Source of the DNA: an uncultured Coriobacteriales bacterium
GTDB lineage: Bacteria; Actinomycetota; Coriobacteriia; Coriobacteriales; CAYVBA01
Direction of reading: 5' to 3'
Length of the DNA: 53,466 bases
Assembly: GCA_964448475.1 (NCBI GenBank)
Contig: CAYVBA010000002.1
Location: 1-53,466, forward strand
Made by a program: the position numbers and the translations under genes. The notes under the pieces are model-generated. The model was not told the DNA's origin. It did not search any database and saw only the letters and a program-made list of their open reading frames with translations. Below are positions 20,307 through 30,307 of this stretch, one piece after another (the first letter of the stretch is position 1; each line of letters starts with the position of its first letter).

Positions 20307-20884
20307 GCCCGATCGATGATATCGCTGAGATCGTAGGCGACGAGGTGGCTACCGCGTTCCTTCCGAAGGCGAAGGAGCGCGGTCGAGCACTGCTCGTGTT
20401 CGTCCTCATCATCATCGGCGTGATCGTCGCGGATCAAGTGGCCAAGGAGTGGGTTCGAGAGAACCTCATGGCCAACAACGTCTTCATGGATGCGATACCC
20501 GGGTTGATCCATTTCGTGTACGTGGAGAACAGGGGAGCGGCGTTCGGCATCCTCGAAGGAGCTACGGCGTATTTCATCGTGAGTGCGATCATCGTGACGG
20601 TCATCGCCACGTGGTTCATCCTCAGCTCGGGAGGACGGAACACGCCCGAACTCATCGCTCTGAGCCTCATAGTGGGAGGTGCCATCGGCAACGTCATCGA
20701 TCGGATCCGTGATGGCTTCGTGACCGATTTCATCGCGTTCTCGTTCTTCGATTTCCCCGTGTTCAACATAGCTGATGTGGCTGTGACCATCGGTACCGCA
20801 CTCTTCATCCTCACGCTGTTCCTTCGTCTCGGAAGGGGTGTCCCCGATGAGCAGAACGGTGAACGCTCTCGTACTGGAAGATAA
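20303..20884 (+). CDS. lspA: Signal peptidase II (lipoprotein signal peptidase)
   Basis: NRGAAFG, GGAIGNVIDR and FPVFNIADVAVTIG motifs in a four-TM protein. ATGA overlap with the ileS stop. Confidence 0.85.
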   Translation: MSPIDDIAEIVGDEVATAFLPKAKERGRALLVFVLIIIGVIVADQVAKEWVRENLMANNVFMDAIPGLIHFVYVENRGAAFGILEGATAYFIVSAIIVTVIATWFILSSGGRNTPELIALSLIVGGAIGNVIDRIRDGFVTDFIAFSFFDFPVFNIADVAVTIGTALFILTLFLRLGRGVPDEQNGERSRTGR

Positions 20885-21860
20885 CGACGGTGAGCGTCTC
20901 GACGCCTATCTGGCCACGCTGACTTCGATCTCCTCGCGTTCAGCTGCGGTCCGGCTGCTCGAGGACGGTGCTGTCCTCGTCAACGGTGAGATCGTAACGG
21001 TGAAGAAGCACACGGTCTCACAAGGGGATCGTGTGAGCGTATCGCTTCCGGAGGCGGATCAGGCGGTGCTCGTACCGCAGTTTATCCCGCTCGATATCCG
21101 GTTCGAGGATGACAGGCTCATCGTACTCTCCAAGCAGGAGGACCTCGTCTGTCACCCATCCACGGGCCATCCCTCGGGAACGCTCGCCAACGCGCTCGTG
21201 GCGCACTGCGGGATCGACAACCTCGGTACCCTGCAAGGTGAGGACCGCCCCGGCATCGTGCACAGGCTCGACAAGGATACGACCGGCCTCATGGTGGCCG
21301 CCAAGGATGATGGGATCCAAGCAGCACTCCAAGCGCTGATCGGCAGTAGGGAATTGGATCGCCGTTACCTCGCGTTGGTCCACGGATCCATAGCTCCTGA
21401 CACCGGCTTGATCGATGCTCCTATCGCACGACATGAGCGGGATAGATATCGGATGACCGTGTCCGACTCACTCAGCGCGCGAGATGCTTTAACGACCTTC
21501 TCGGTCGTGGAACGGTTCGAATCATTCGCTCGTAAGTACGATTACACGCTGCTGGAATGCAAGCTCTACACCGGCAGGACCCATCAGATCCGTGTGCACA
21601 TGGCCTACATCGACCACCCCTGTGTGGGCGATCCTCTCTACGGGAGGATTTCTCGTGATGGTCTTCCCGAACTCGGTCTTGAGAGACAATTCCTCCATTC
21701 GTATCGGATAGGCTTCACTCATCCCGCTACGGGGGAAGTACTGGAGTTCACCGATCCTCTTCCTGACGACTTAGCACGAGTCCTCGAGGATCTGCAGAGG
21801 TACTCAGCGGGCAGGACTGAATATGGGGAATCGGTCATGGAGGCTATCTCCGCGACCTGA
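20838..21860 (+). CDS. rluD: RluA-family 23S rRNA pseudouridine synthase (RluD-like, with S4 domain)
   Basis: S4-like N-terminus (RLDAYL...SRSAAVRLLEDGAVLVNG), catalytic HRLDKDTTGLMVAAK, and YTGRTHQIRVHM. The start may be 20838 or 20847. Confidence 0.85.
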   Translation: MSPMSRTVNALVLEDNDGERLDAYLATLTSISSRSAAVRLLEDGAVLVNGEIVTVKKHTVSQGDRVSVSLPEADQAVLVPQFIPLDIRFEDDRLIVLSKQEDLVCHPSTGHPSGTLANALVAHCGIDNLGTLQGEDRPGIVHRLDKDTTGLMVAAKDDGIQAALQALIGSRELDRRYLALVHGSIAPDTGLIDAPIARHERDRYRMTVSDSLSARDALTTFSVVERFESFARKYDYTLLECKLYTGRTHQIRVHMAYIDHPCVGDPLYGRISRDGLPELGLERQFLHSYRIGFTHPATGEVLEFTDPLPDDLARVLEDLQRYSAGRTEYGESVMEAISAT

Positions 21861-21869
21861 TCCGGTCGG

Positions 21870-23159
21870 ATGGAGTTCTACGGCCTCATGGAGCCAATAG
21901 AGATATTCAATATCAGCGCACTGATACTGCTCACGCTGTGCTTCTTCTACCAATACGTGTACATCGTGTTCATGTTGTTCAGTAAGCCGAAGGCAGAGGA
22001 ACTGCATCGTGCGAGCACCCACCATCGCTTCGCCGTGTTGGTGGCAGCTCATAACGAGGACGTCGTTATAGCACAGCTCATCGAATCCATCAGGAGTCAG
22101 GACTATCCTCGGGAATCCGTGGATGTCTTCGTCATCGCTGACGGTTGCACGGATGACACGGTGAGCGTCGCCCGCGATGCGGGAGCCATCGTCCTGGAGC
22201 GTCCCGTAGGACAAGGTGGCCATGGCAAGAGTTACGTCATGCAGTACGGCATGGGTCGTATCCGGGAAGAATACGCAGGGCTGTACGAAGCGGTCCTCAT
22301 CCTCGATGCGGACAACCTCCTGAGTCCGGATTACATCGCTCGCATGAACGACATGTACGACCAAGGTTTCGATGTATCCACGAGCTACCGTGCTTCCAAG
22401 AACTTCGATTCGAGCTGGATATCGGGTGGCTATGCGCTCTGGTTCCTCCGTGAGTCCAAGTACCTGAACAACGCACGCATGAGGCTCGGAACCGGATGTG
22501 CTGTATCGGGCACGGGATACTTCGTCTCGACGAGGCTCCTGAGGGAACTCGGGGATTGGAACTTCCATACGCTCACCGAGGATATCCAGTTCTCCGTCTG
22601 GTGCGCGATCAATGGATACCGCATCGGTTACGCGAAGGATGCCATCTTCTACGACGAGCAACCCATCACGTTTGAAGCCTCATGGCTCCAGCGCATGAGA
22701 TGGACGCGCGGCTTCTACCAGGTGTTCTGGCACTACGGTAAGGATCTCATCAAGCAGGCGTTCGCCCATCGTAATTTCGCAGCGTACGACCTGCTCATGA
22801 CCATCGCTCCGGCATCTCTCATCACCATCGCGTCCGTCATCGTGAACTCGATCATCATCGTGTTGGCACTCATGGACAGCAGCGTAGGGTCGACCGCATA
22901 TCTCACCCGATCGGTAGCCTCCATCGGGTTCATCGTTGGATTCATGTACCTCATGTTCTTCTCGCTTGGACTGCTGACTTCGATCACCGAGGAACGCAAC
23001 ATCCACGCTTCGAAGGGCTTCGTGATCCGCAACATCTTCACGTTCCCGTTGTTCATGTTCACATACGTGCCGATCGCCATCTGGGCTCTCGTGAAGCCGG
23101 TCAGATGGGTACCTACGGTTCATACGCAAGGGAGGACACTCGAGCAGGTCCTCGAATGA
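21870..23159 (+). CDS. Membrane-embedded family-2 glycosyltransferase of the processive synthase type
   Basis: N-terminal TM segment, then LVAAHNEDVVI...FVIADGCTDDT, ILDADN (DxD), TEDIQFS and QRMRWTRG (QxxRW), followed by several C-terminal TM helices. Confidence 0.8.
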   Translation: MEFYGLMEPIEIFNISALILLTLCFFYQYVYIVFMLFSKPKAEELHRASTHHRFAVLVAAHNEDVVIAQLIESIRSQDYPRESVDVFVIADGCTDDTVSVARDAGAIVLERPVGQGGHGKSYVMQYGMGRIREEYAGLYEAVLILDADNLLSPDYIARMNDMYDQGFDVSTSYRASKNFDSSWISGGYALWFLRESKYLNNARMRLGTGCAVSGTGYFVSTRLLRELGDWNFHTLTEDIQFSVWCAINGYRIGYAKDAIFYDEQPITFEASWLQRMRWTRGFYQVFWHYGKDLIKQAFAHRNFAAYDLLMTIAPASLITIASVIVNSIIIVLALMDSSVGSTAYLTRSVASIGFIVGFMYLMFFSLGLLTSITEERNIHASKGFVIRNIFTFPLFMFTYVPIAIWALVKPVRWVPTVHTQGRTLEQVLE

Positions 23160-23176
23160 GCCGCTAGGAGTCGTCC

Positions 23177-23899
23177 GTGTCCTCACGCAAGCCACTGATC
23201 GGTATATCTTCCACACCTAAACCCGAGGATCATCTCGAGTTCGTCCGCTTCGGTTACACGACGGGCGTTTTCCGTGCTGGCGGACTGCCTCTGATCCTTC
23301 CGATATCACCCGAGCCCGAGGTGACCGCTTATGAGCTCATGAGTCGGATCGACGGGCTCGTACTGAGCGGGGGCCATGATGTGGATCCTGCGCTCTACGG
23401 AGAAGAGGTCGAGAAGATATGGGGAGAGCTCTCTCCGGAGCGGGATGCGCATGAACTCGCGCTCCTCGAGGCAGCTCTGGAGCTGGGCAAGCCGGTTCTC
23501 GCCATCTGCAGAGGGATGCAGCTACTGAACGTCCTCAAGGGTGGGTCGCTCATCCAGGACATAGAGACCGAAGTCATGACGGATATCAAGCATCTCGATA
23601 TGGATCTCAAAGGTGAACTCATGCATCCGGTTGACCTGGAGCCTGGTTCGCGGCTCGCGGACGTCATCGGCTCCACGAGGGTGGATGTCACCACCGTGCA
23701 CCATCAAGGCGTTCGGACCGTCGCTCCCGGTTTCGAGGTGGTTGCCCGTGCTGATGACGGAATGGTGGAGGCCATCGAATCTCCCGAGTACCCGAATGTG
23801 GTTGCTGTTCAGTGGCACCCCGAGCTCACGGTGCTGAAGGGAGACGAACCCTCGCGCGGCTTGTTCACTTGGCTCGTCCGGAACGCATCTTCGGCCTAG
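23177..23899 (+). CDS. Class-I glutamine amidotransferase-like / peptidase C26 protein (gamma-glutamyl-GABA hydrolase family)
   Basis: GGHDVDPALYG, the nucleophile elbow AICRGMQLLNV, and VQWHPE. The GTG start follows the SD AGGAG. Confidence 0.8.
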   Translation: MSSRKPLIGISSTPKPEDHLEFVRFGYTTGVFRAGGLPLILPISPEPEVTAYELMSRIDGLVLSGGHDVDPALYGEEVEKIWGELSPERDAHELALLEAALELGKPVLAICRGMQLLNVLKGGSLIQDIETEVMTDIKHLDMDLKGELMHPVDLEPGSRLADVIGSTRVDVTTVHHQGVRTVAPGFEVVARADDGMVEAIESPEYPNVVAVQWHPELTVLKGDEPSRGLFTWLVRNASSA

Positions 23900-23900
23900 C

Positions 23901-24335
23901 TCAGCTCTCGACTCCTGCGTGGTCGTGTCCGCAGCAACTCTCCTGGCAATCGGGGCAGATCCCTTGGAGCTCCAGATTATGACCCGTGATCCTGAATCCC
24001 GAATCCCGCGCGATGCGGTCCTCGAACTCCGAGAGCGGACACGCCTCGATCATCACGGTCCTGTCACAGCGCGTGCACCGCAATTTGTGGTGATGCGGCG
24101 CGTGGGGGAGCGAGTACGAACTCACGCCATCGGTCGACGTGGTCTGCAGGAGGATTCCATGTGCGGTGAAGGTGGCGAGCGTCCGATACGTCGTGGCCAG
24201 ACTCACTTCATCGCCCAATCGCTGTGCGATGTCCTCAGCGGTCAGCGGCGACTCGGCCTTCTCGAGTACCTCCAGTATGGAGCTGCGTGTATGCGTCACG
24301 CGGAGACCATGTGCTCTGAGTTCGTCCATGCTCAT
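23901..24335 (-). CDS. zur: Fur-family metalloregulator, probably Zur
   Basis: Winged-helix N-terminus GLRVTHTRSSILEVL, an HHHKLRCTRCDR block and C-terminal CPDC. Transcribed divergently from a znuACB-type operon. Confidence 0.75.
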   Translation of the reverse strand: MSMDELRAHGLRVTHTRSSILEVLEKAESPLTAEDIAQRLGDEVSLATTYRTLATFTAHGILLQTTSTDGVSSYSLPHAPHHHKLRCTRCDRTVMIEACPLSEFEDRIARDSGFRITGHNLELQGICPDCQESCCGHDHAGVES

Positions 24336-24354
24336 CTCGTGTACACCACCTTGC

Positions 24355-24375
24355 TATTGAGAATCGTTCTCAATA
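24355..24375. promoter_or_regulatory. Candidate Zur/Fur-family operator in the zur-znuA divergent intergenic region
   Basis: Perfect 9-3-9 inverted repeat TATTGAGAA-TCG-TTCTCAATA. It lies 20 nt from the zur ATG and 44 nt from the znuA ATG. Confidence 0.5.
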
Positions 24376-24418
24376 AGTATATCCTCAAGATTCACGAATC
24401 GTATCTGGAGATAGAACC

Positions 24419-25402
24419 ATGTCCATTCGTTCGAAGATGACTATAGCCGTAATCGCCTCAGCATTTCTCGCAGTGCTGCTGGTCGGTTGTGGAACAGATG
24501 GTGATGGGGGCGAGAAGGGCGCGGGTTCCGAAGAGCCCCGTGTCACCGCGAGCTTCTATCCTATGTACGACCTCGCATCCAAGGTGATGGGTGACGAGGG
24601 CACGGTCGCTCTGTTGATCCCCAACGGTACCGAGCCGCACGGGTGGGAGCCTTCCGCGACCGATATGCGTGAGCTCGCTGGTACCGATCTGCTTATCATG
24701 AACGGTGCAGGTATGGAGCCGTGGTCCGATGATCTTCTCGCCCGTTTGGGTGATGATGCCCCCAAGGCCGTCGTGACGAGCGAGGGTCTCGAGCTCCTCA
24801 CGCCTGATGCGTACACCGTGGCACCCGACCATCATCACGATGATGACGCTCACGCCCACGACGATCACGACCATGGTGATATCGACCCCCACGTGTGGCT
24901 CTCACCCATGAACGCTAAGCATCAGATGCGTGTCATCGCGGATGCTCTCATCGACCAGTATCCCGATCATGCCGATCGGTTCGAGGCCAACTACGCCGAG
25001 CATGCCGAGGAGCTCGACTCTTTGGATGATGAATTCAAGGCAGCTCTCGGTGATCTTCCTGATGGACGGATCTTCGTAGCCCATGAGGCTTACGGATACC
25101 TGGCACGTGATTACGGCTTAAAGCAGACAGGAATCACCGGAATCTTCGCTGATGAAGAGCCCGATGCCAAGCGTATGGCCGCTATCGTCGATGCGGTGAA
25201 GGACTCCGGTGCGAAAGTCATCTTCACCGAGACCCTCATCGACTCCAAGACAGCGGATACCATCTCCCGCGAGACGGGTGCTGAAGTGAAGACGCTCAGC
25301 CCGGTCGCCGCGAGGACCGAAGAAGAGGTCTCGGCAGGAGATGATTACGTGAGTATCATGAGGAAGAACCTCGAAGTACTCACGGACGCATTGGAGCATT
25401 AG
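24419..25402 (+). CDS. znuA: Zinc ABC transporter substrate-binding lipoprotein (ZnuA/TroA cluster A-I)
   Basis: Lipobox LLVGC. Metal-ligand blocks EPHGWEPS and DPHVWLSP. A His/Asp-rich loop, HHHDDDAHAHDDHDHGD, typical of Zn-specific members. Confidence 0.85.
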   Translation: MSIRSKMTIAVIASAFLAVLLVGCGTDGDGGEKGAGSEEPRVTASFYPMYDLASKVMGDEGTVALLIPNGTEPHGWEPSATDMRELAGTDLLIMNGAGMEPWSDDLLARLGDDAPKAVVTSEGLELLTPDAYTVAPDHHHDDDAHAHDDHDHGDIDPHVWLSPMNAKHQMRVIADALIDQYPDHADRFEANYAEHAEELDSLDDEFKAALGDLPDGRIFVAHEAYGYLARDYGLKQTGITGIFADEEPDAKRMAAIVDAVKDSGAKVIFTETLIDSKTADTISRETGAEVKTLSPVAARTEEEVSAGDDYVSIMRKNLEVLTDALEH

Positions 25403-26064
25403 TGGACTTAGCGGTCAGTTTCTGTGACATCACGTTCTCGTACGAGGACGCGATGATCCTCGATCGTGCTTCCTTCGACGTTCGCACCGGTGACTACGCC
25501 ATGGTCGCCGGTGCGAACGGCGTCGGGAAGTCGACCATCCTGAAGCTGATCCTGGGTGAACTCGAGCCAGCAGCGGGTTGTATCTGTCTGTTCGGCGAGA
25601 AGATCGAGCGGTTCAAGGGCTGGCGCCGTATCGGTTACGTCCCACAGCACACCGAGAACCTCGGATTCCCTGCGACCGTACGGGAGATCGTCTCCATGAA
25701 CCTGTACGGTTTCTCGGGCCCGCTCAAGCGGACGGTGTCCGATGGGAAGGAGCGCGTCGATCGTGCTCTCGAACTCGTCGGACTCACGGACCTCGCAGGA
25801 GAGACCTTCGGGACCCTTTCAGGAGGACAGCTCAAGCGCACCATGTTGGCCCGAGCGTTCCTGAGTGAGCCGGATCTGTTGCTCCTCGATGAGCCCACTG
25901 CAGGGCTGGACACGCTCTCCGAGGGCATCCTCTACGAAACACTCTCCAAGCTCAACTCAGAAGGCACGACCATCATCATCGTCACGCACGATGTGGATCG
26001 AGTGGCACAGTACGCCACGCGCGTCCTTACCGTAACGGATACCTCGGTGGAGGTGGACGCCTGA
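25402..26064 (+). CDS. znuC: Metal (zinc) ABC transporter ATP-binding protein
   Basis: Walker A GANGVGKST, signature LSGGQLKR and Walker B LLLLDEP. The GTG start overlaps the znuA stop. Confidence 0.85.
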   Translation: MDLAVSFCDITFSYEDAMILDRASFDVRTGDYAMVAGANGVGKSTILKLILGELEPAAGCICLFGEKIERFKGWRRIGYVPQHTENLGFPATVREIVSMNLYGFSGPLKRTVSDGKERVDRALELVGLTDLAGETFGTLSGGQLKRTMLARAFLSEPDLLLLDEPTAGLDTLSEGILYETLSKLNSEGTTIIIVTHDVDRVAQYATRVLTVTDTSVEVDA

Positions 26065-26933
26065 TGGATATCCTGTCCTACGACTTCATGCGTACGGCCC
26101 TCATCGTAGGGATCGTCCTCGCCGTCGTCATCCCGTGCATCGGACAGATCATCGTGATCCGTCATCTTTCGCTCCTGGGAGATTCGCTCGCACACGTCTC
26201 CCTCGGAGGTGTCGCGGCGGGACTCGTCCTCGGCGCAAACCCGGTGCTCGGAGCTGTTCTCGCATCCGTCATCGGCGCGTTCTCCATAGAGGCCATCCGC
26301 AGACGGCTTCCTCGCTACTCGGAAGTCTCGATAGCGGTTATGACCGCGTTCGGTGTGGGTCTCGCCGGTGTCCTGAGTTCCTACGTGCCCAACAACGCGA
26401 ACCTCACCGCCTTCCTCTTCGGCTCGGTCGTGGCCATCTCCGACATGGAATTCAAGCTCGTGATAGGCCTCTCCGTAGTGGTGCTCGCGTTCTTCGCGCT
26501 CATGTGGCGGGAGCTCCAAGCCATCGCGTTCGACGAACGTCTCGCTAAACTCTCCGGTGTTCCCGTGGACCTCGTGAACATCATCTTCACGTTCATGACG
26601 GCCATCGTCGTCGCAGCAGCCTCGAGGACCGTCGGTGCTCTCATCGTCTCGGCTATCCTCGTGCTCCCTATCATCACGGCCATGCAGATCTCCCGCGGGT
26701 ACACGAGGAATCTCCTCATAGCCATAGTCATCGCTGTGATCAGCATGCTCACAGCGCTTCTCGCCAGTTTCTACGTGGGCGTGAAACCCGGCGGAGCCAC
26801 GGCGTTGATCCTCGTTCTAGTTCTCGTGGTCGTGTTCGCGATCAAAGGGGTTCAGCGCAGGACCCGCAAGGAACCCAAGCGGAGTCATCAACACGAGGGT
26901 ACGTGCGATTGCAAATATCCACCTGTGGATTGA
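26064..26933 (+). CDS. znuB: Metal (zinc) ABC transporter permease
   Basis: Polytopic ABC-3 family permease (GDSLAHVSLGGVAAG...). The ATG overlaps the znuC stop. Confidence 0.85.
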   Translation: MDILSYDFMRTALIVGIVLAVVIPCIGQIIVIRHLSLLGDSLAHVSLGGVAAGLVLGANPVLGAVLASVIGAFSIEAIRRRLPRYSEVSIAVMTAFGVGLAGVLSSYVPNNANLTAFLFGSVVAISDMEFKLVIGLSVVVLAFFALMWRELQAIAFDERLAKLSGVPVDLVNIIFTFMTAIVVAAASRTVGALIVSAILVLPIITAMQISRGYTRNLLIAIVIAVISMLTALLASFYVGVKPGGATALILVLVLVVVFAIKGVQRRTRKEPKRSHQHEGTCDCKYPPVD

Positions 26934-26991
26934 TGATCCCGGGCGAGAAGGACACGCCACTCCCGCACCCGATGCGCTATAGTCTTCATGA

Positions 26992-28589
<1,598 letters not shown>

Positions 28590-28606
<17 letters not shown>

Positions 28607-29885
28607 GAACGCTCGATTCGTGGATCCGGCCGTCGACCTGGACCGTGTCTGCGATATGGTGATCCGCGACGGATCCATCGTGGAGATAGGGGAGGACCTC
28701 TCCATCCCCAAGGGTGAGAAATTGGATCTCTCAGGTCAGGTGGTCATCCCTGGTATGGTCGATCTCCACGTCCACTTGAGGGAACCCGGTCAGGAGTACA
28801 AGGAGGACATTGCCTCCGGTTCACGCGCAGCTGCCAAAGGTGGCTTCACCGATGTCTGCTGCATGCCCAACACGAGTCCCGTCGCCGACAACGGCTCTAT
28901 CATCTCCTTCATGAAGGAGAAAGCGGAGGAGGCGAATCTCGTACGCGTGCATCCCATCGGCGCCATCACACGGGAGCTCCAAGGCAAGGAACTCGCTGAG
29001 ATCGGTGATATGCACGAAGCGGGAGCAGTAGCCTTCTCCGATGATGGTCGAGGCGTACAGAGCGGCGGCATGCTCCGCACCGCTATGGATTACGTCAAGC
29101 AGTTCGGCGCTCCGGTGATCTCGCACTGCGAAGATGAATCCATAGTCGGTAAGGGTGTTGTGAACGAAGGTGTCGTTTCCACGAGGCTCGGACTATCCGG
29201 GTGGCCTTCGCAAGGTGAGGAAGTGCAGGTGGAGCGTGACATCGAGCTCGGTGAGCTCACCGGCTGCGCCGTGCACATCGCCCACATCACCACAGCGCGA
29301 GCGGTCGACGCCGTCAAGCGAGGAAAGGAGCGCGGTGTAGCCGTCACGTGCGAGGTGACACCGCATCACCTCTTCCTCTCCGAGGACGACATCTCCACCG
29401 AGTACGACACCTCCTACAAGATGAATCCGCCGCTGCGCACGGCCGAAGACGCAGCTGCTCTCAGAGATGCTCTGATCGACGGCACCATAGATGCGGTCGC
29501 TACCGATCATGCTCCCCATGCACGTCATGAGAAGGCACGCGAGTTCGAGCTCGCACCATTCGGCATCATCGGCCTGGAGACCTGTCTGCCGCTGCTCATC
29601 ACGCATCTCGTGGAGCCCGGACACATGAGTCTCGACCGACTCGTCGAAGTCATGTGCCACAACCCGCGGAAGATCGTGGGTCTCGATCCCGTGACACTCG
29701 AGCCCGGTTCCAAGGCCGATCTCACGGTGTTCGACCCCGAAGGAACCACGACGGTGGACGAGGACCTCATCGAGTCCAAGTCGATCAACACCCCGTTCCT
29801 CGGTCAACAGCTCGAAGGACGTGTCACGCACACGATCCTCGAAGGTTACGCATCCCTCGTAGACGGAAGTGTGGTGGATAGGTGA
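28590..29885 (+). CDS. pyrC: Dihydroorotase
   Basis: VDLHVHLREPG, FSDDG, VHIAHITT, ATDHAPH and related blocks. The GTG start follows the SD GGAGGTGA. Confidence 0.95.
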
Positions 29886-30307
29886 GTCGTACCGGAACCA
29901 TAGGAACCGACCGGATCGTCCTCGAGGACGGATCCGAGTTCGCAGGCACGCTGGTGAGTGGGCGAGAAGGAACGGCCTGCCCGCTCATGATCACGAACAC
30001 GATGAGTGACTTCACCAGTGCGCTCATCGACCCCCAGTACGAGGATACGATCCTCGTGTTCACGTATCCGCAGATAGGCGGTGCGGGACTCGATGAGGAC
30101 GCGCTGGGCGGGGGAGAAGCGGTCGTAGCGGGCGTCATCGCGCGTTCGATCGTGGGTGGTATGGAGGAGTTGACCGGAGGTAGGAACCTCCTCGACCTTC
30201 TCGCCCGCAAGGACATCCCCGTCCTGGTGGATGTGGATACGAGAGCGTTGGTTGCTGCCATCCGTGACGAGGACGTGCAGGAGACCCCTGAGAGAGGTGT
30301 GAACTGA
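29882..30307 (+). CDS. carA: Carbamoyl-phosphate synthase small subunit, N-terminal (CarB-interaction) domain only; the glutamine amidotransferase domain is absent
   Basis: The 141-aa product aligns by eye to the first ~140 aa of E. coli CarA: [11 protein letters not shown].. against [28 protein letters not shown] against VTLTYPHIGNVGTNDAD, and [13 protein letters not shown] against ADIDTRKLTRLLR. GTGA overlap with pyrC and TGATG overlap with carB leave no room for a GATase domain. Confidence 0.8.
   Translation: MSRTGTIGTDRIVLEDGSEFAGTLVSGREGTACPLMITNTMSDFTSALIDPQYEDTILVFTYPQIGGAGLDEDALGGGEAVVAGVIARSIVGGMEELTGGRNLLDLLARKDIPVLVDVDTRALVAAIRDEDVQETPERGVN

Noticed and set aside
23177-23899. The stand-alone C26/class-I amidotransferase, considered as the missing glutaminase partner of the truncated CarA.
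   Set aside because: It lies 6 kb away in a different transcription unit. Its motifs are PuuD/gamma-glutamyl-hydrolase-like rather than CarA-like. There is no sequence basis for the link, so it is mentioned only as something a genome-wide search should exclude.
24829-24890. Repetitive CAC/GAC/GAT codon tract in znuA, and the GGT/GGC-rich tract in dnaJ (about 49690-49735), considered as possible DNA repeats.
   Set aside because: These are in-frame low-complexity coding sequences: the His/Asp-rich metal loop of ZnuA and the G/F linker of DnaJ. They are not CRISPR or tandem non-coding repeats.
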